Below are positions 60,671 to 64,000 of a stretch of 64,000 bases of DNA, one piece after another; positions within the stretch are counted from its first letter, which is position 1; each line of letters opens with the position of its first letter. The stretch covers positions 205,656,001 through 205,720,000 of the forward strand of contig NC_058368.1 in the NCBI RefSeq assembly GCF_018350175.1. Direction: 5' to 3'. Made by a program: the position numbers and the translations under genes. The notes beneath the pieces were generated by a model. That model was not told where the DNA came from and did not search any database. It worked only from the letters and a program-made list of their open reading frames with translations. The stretch comes from Felis catus (Eukaryota).

Positions 60671-63600
60671 GCACTATGGTCAGTTTTTTTTTTTTTGGTC
60701 AGTTTTTAAAATACCCCAACAAGTGGTTACAGAACTAAAGAGTGGTAATAGTCTTAGAAGAAATGGGTAGAAAGACCTCTGAGGGAAGAGAAGTGATCTC
60801 AAACCTGTCTGATGCAGTTGTTTTGCAAGAAACATTATGGGATAGAAATAAGAGCCTATCTTCCCACCAAAATCATCACTTCACAGGATCCTAACATCAG
60901 ATTTTTTTTTCTTAATGTGAAGCAACAAAAATCCCAAAGACAATTACTTTGTTTTTGGGGTTTGTTAAATAGCAAAATCATTTAAAAGAATACAACACAG
61001 AATTACTAGAATATCTCAGTCCAGTTTAAACTATGCAAGAAACTGATTTAATGTGGCTAGATTTAATTCAATACTTAGATAATCTCTAATACCAGTAGTT
61101 CAATAGTCTTCTCAGTGAAGATCTTAATAACATTTCACACACATGTGTATGTGTGCCCATGTGTGTGTTATAAGAGAGATTTACCTTACATACTCTTACA
61201 GTCTTTTAGCTGCCAAAAGAAACTATGCCTTTGAATTTCTACATGTGTGCTATAGTGAAACTACCCTCACAATTTATGACCTCGTTACATGTTTGAACAT
61301 CCTTTAGATTACACTCTTGGCAGAGATAAATGCACTCAACATAAAATAATAATGTTTCAATCATGGAAATGTGATCTTAATCATGTTTAAACCTGCTTTT
61401 TAAACTCTGACATTAATTAGCAACCCAGAACTCCTTCTAAACCTCCATACCAGTCTTTGAAGAGGTTATTCATCAGATAAGAATGATGTTTGTCTAGGAG
61501 TGTACTTCTCTTAATGGACTTAATGTCATTATTTCTAAAATGTCTGGGTCCCCTTCTCCCTCTTCTCCTGCTCAAGTTCAATGGCCTACATAGCTCTTTA
61601 AAGTCATTAAGACACTGGGAGGAGGTGATGTACTAGAAGTATACAAGAAGTGAAAACAACCAAGTACATGTATAATAAAAAGATGACACCTTAGGGGCTG
61701 GGTAGGAGGGGTTGGGGACAAAGAGCAAGTCACACTGAAGGTTATCAGGTATCTGAAGTTGGGCTACATGAACGATGGAGTTTAAAAGGGAAAAGTAATT
61801 TCTGAAAAGAAAAACTGGAGTGGCGTGTGTGTGTGCGCACACATGTGTTTAGGGTAGAATGTGAATATTTTCGTGTTCCAATCTGAGGTCTAGTGCTAGT
61901 GCTAAGGAACCCAGGGAATGTAATGGAGGTTCAGGTGCATGGATTTTCCCCCACTGATTACTAGTTGCTTCCTTGAGTTATTATCCCTCCTTCTGCTGCA
62001 CCCTCCTCCCCCAAGCACAGAGCTCAGAGTTATCACAGAGCTTTCCCAAATCCTAAGATAGTCTTGTTTACTGAGAACTTAATGAGCTCTTAAATGAGAT
62101 TAGTTATGTCATTGTCTAATATGTGACCTATCATAGAAATGACCTTAGCAGTCTTAATTATTGTGCAATATAAGAGATCCAGAATGCGTGCTAGGTAGAA
62201 AAGAGAGAAGAGGCTCTATGGGAAAATATTAATTTTGATTTGAAAATATAGATGTAAGGACAAGGACTCCCTTGAAGTTTAGACTCTAGAGGAATAATAT
62301 CAAACTTCAGGAAATCTTGACTGAAAGGAAGACCAAAAAGAAAATCAAGTGAAGGAAGAGCAAAACCCACCTATAAATTAATTTCGAGTTTATAAACCAA
62401 ATTCATGATTCAAAACTATAGACAAAGGCTTAATTGACCCCCTTGGTGTATACCTAGCTTCCCATACACGCTTCTCCTGAATATCACAGGATAGTGAGCA
62501 TGGGAAAAGCAGAATCATTAGCAAAACACACAGTGAAGGGTATAAGAAAGTGGTGGAAGGTTTGAGGCTATTTAGCACATCAGCAAAGAAAACTCATGCA
62601 GTATGGCTACAGTGAGACAAATGATAAATCAATTTGAGTGACTTATGTATTTAATCGTTAGGACCTTTGCATTTTTCTGATGACTCCATGAAAATTCAAG
62701 TCTAGAGAGAGGACTTTGGGCACTAATGGGTTAATGCCTCTTCATCCCCATGTGAGTTAATAACAGAATCATATACATACTGTGTTGTTTATCCTAGTGC
62801 CTACAGTATGTACTAACGACTCCATAACTATACCTACTATTTTATGTGTGCCTGCCTTCTTCCCTGGTAGTGATTTTCAGGTACTACATGGTAGGGAGTC
62901 TGGATCACTGAGTGAAATATGGCTGATTAATTTTTCTTTTAATTATTGTGTTAGATGAGGGTATATTTTCCGACATTGTTTCACAAATATTTTAAATTAT
63001 TTTTAAAGGGTTATTTTCTATCCTCTTGTGGCCTGGCATATGTCTCTAGGGAATTACACAAAAATTTACCACTTGGGTCTAATTTCTGTTGAAATGATGT
63101 ATACTGCCAAAATATCTAAATGAAACAAGAACAAAATTCAAGCCTTACTGATATAGGCAACACATCTGAATAATTGAATGAATCACCCCATTTTCATCTG
63201 GGAGTTTTGTTAGAGGGTAGCTTTAGGCGTAAGTACACAATAGAAAGTGAAATGAAGAGGAACAAGCTAATTAGTGTTGTCAAATAAACAAGAGTGCAGA
63301 GATGCCAAACTTGGTGTCTTGATCCAAATTAGCCAAATTTTCTACGGTAATTGTATTAACTGAATAATTTCCAAATTTCAGTTTTTCTTGCTGTTGTAAA
63401 GAATGGTCAGATAAGTCCACGTGTTATCTCATTGTCATTCCATTTCACCCTTTGCCATGTCTTACACCCAACTTTTGTTTTGTTTCTCTTCTTGGCTTCT
63501 TCTGTTTTCATTCCATGATGGCTTCTGCTTTTCTTCTCTGTCGATTGCTTGCAGTATAGATTATACAGATCATGTATAGTTTAATCTTAAAATGGTTAAG

Positions 63601-63720
63601 ACTTATCAGTGATAGATACTTAAAATTATCTTTTGTTAGTCTGAAGCCATTATGTCATATTACTAATCAGCTGACCTGCCAATATTTGCCTCACATGAAA
63701 TCTGGTCACATAATTTCTAA

Positions 63721-63904
63721 TTTTTTTTTTTTTCGAGAGAGTACGCAAGTCAGGAAGAGGGGCAGAGGGAGAGAGAGAGAGAATGAGAGAGAGAGAGAGA
63801 GAGAGAGATTCCAAAGCAGGCTCCATTGATCCCACAATCCTGGGATCAGGACTTGAGAGGAAATCAAGAGTCAGATGCTCAACTGACTGACCCACCCAGA
63901 CACC
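63721..63904 (-). mobile_element. Older CanSINE
   Basis: Antisense tail, (GA)n tract and 'caagagtcagatgctcaactgactgacccacccagacacc'. Short TSD tctaa(a)tttttt. Confidence 0.9.
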
Positions 63905-64000
63905 TCTAAATTTTTTGTAATATATTTTAATTGTTCCTATAACTATTAGTTCAACAAATCCTACCATCAAATCACATCATTAAATACATTGCATGTGGAA

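Noticed and set aside
2466..63904. SINE heads as tRNA genes, and recurrent ORFs such as GAWVAQSVK or RARRGARTHGPRDRDL
   Set aside because: These are tRNA-derived CanSINE sequences with (CT)n linkers, poly-A tails and TSDs, not genes.
1..64000. CRISPR arrays, operons, endogenous viral genes or a CpG-island promoter
   Set aside because: No regularly spaced repeats, no gag/pol/env or other viral-like ORFs, and CpG enrichment is confined mainly to young SINE and L1 copies.

Overview
AT-rich mammalian genomic DNA, almost certainly from a felid. The evidence is about 24 tRNA-derived CanSINEs, several of the young SINEC_Fc type, plus a young L1 whose 3' UTR resembles cat L1_Fc. I found no recognisable host protein-coding exon, RNA gene or CpG island, so the window reads as intergenic DNA or a large intron. 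Much of it is layered interspersed repeats: young and old L1, CanSINE, ancient L2 and MIR, MaLR/ERVL LTRs (MLT1, LTR33) and hAT-Charlie MITEs (MER3, MER58A, MER112, MER5). The only long ORF is the C-terminal part of L1 ORF2 in a recent 5'-truncated insertion; the other ORFs in the track look like chance or repeat-derived frames. I cannot support a new biological system. The most notable signals are mutational footprints: (1) a young L1 nested in an older L1, with a perfect 17-bp TSD and an apparent 11-nt 3' transduction; (2) a 53-bp locally templated insertion with a 9-bp target duplication; (3) a fold-back inverted duplication and an inverted L1 segment; (4) nested and inverted SINE pairs; (5) a CpG-retaining three-helix hairpin in unique sequence. 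Repeat family names come from recalled consensus sequences, not a database search, and old-repeat boundaries are approximate.
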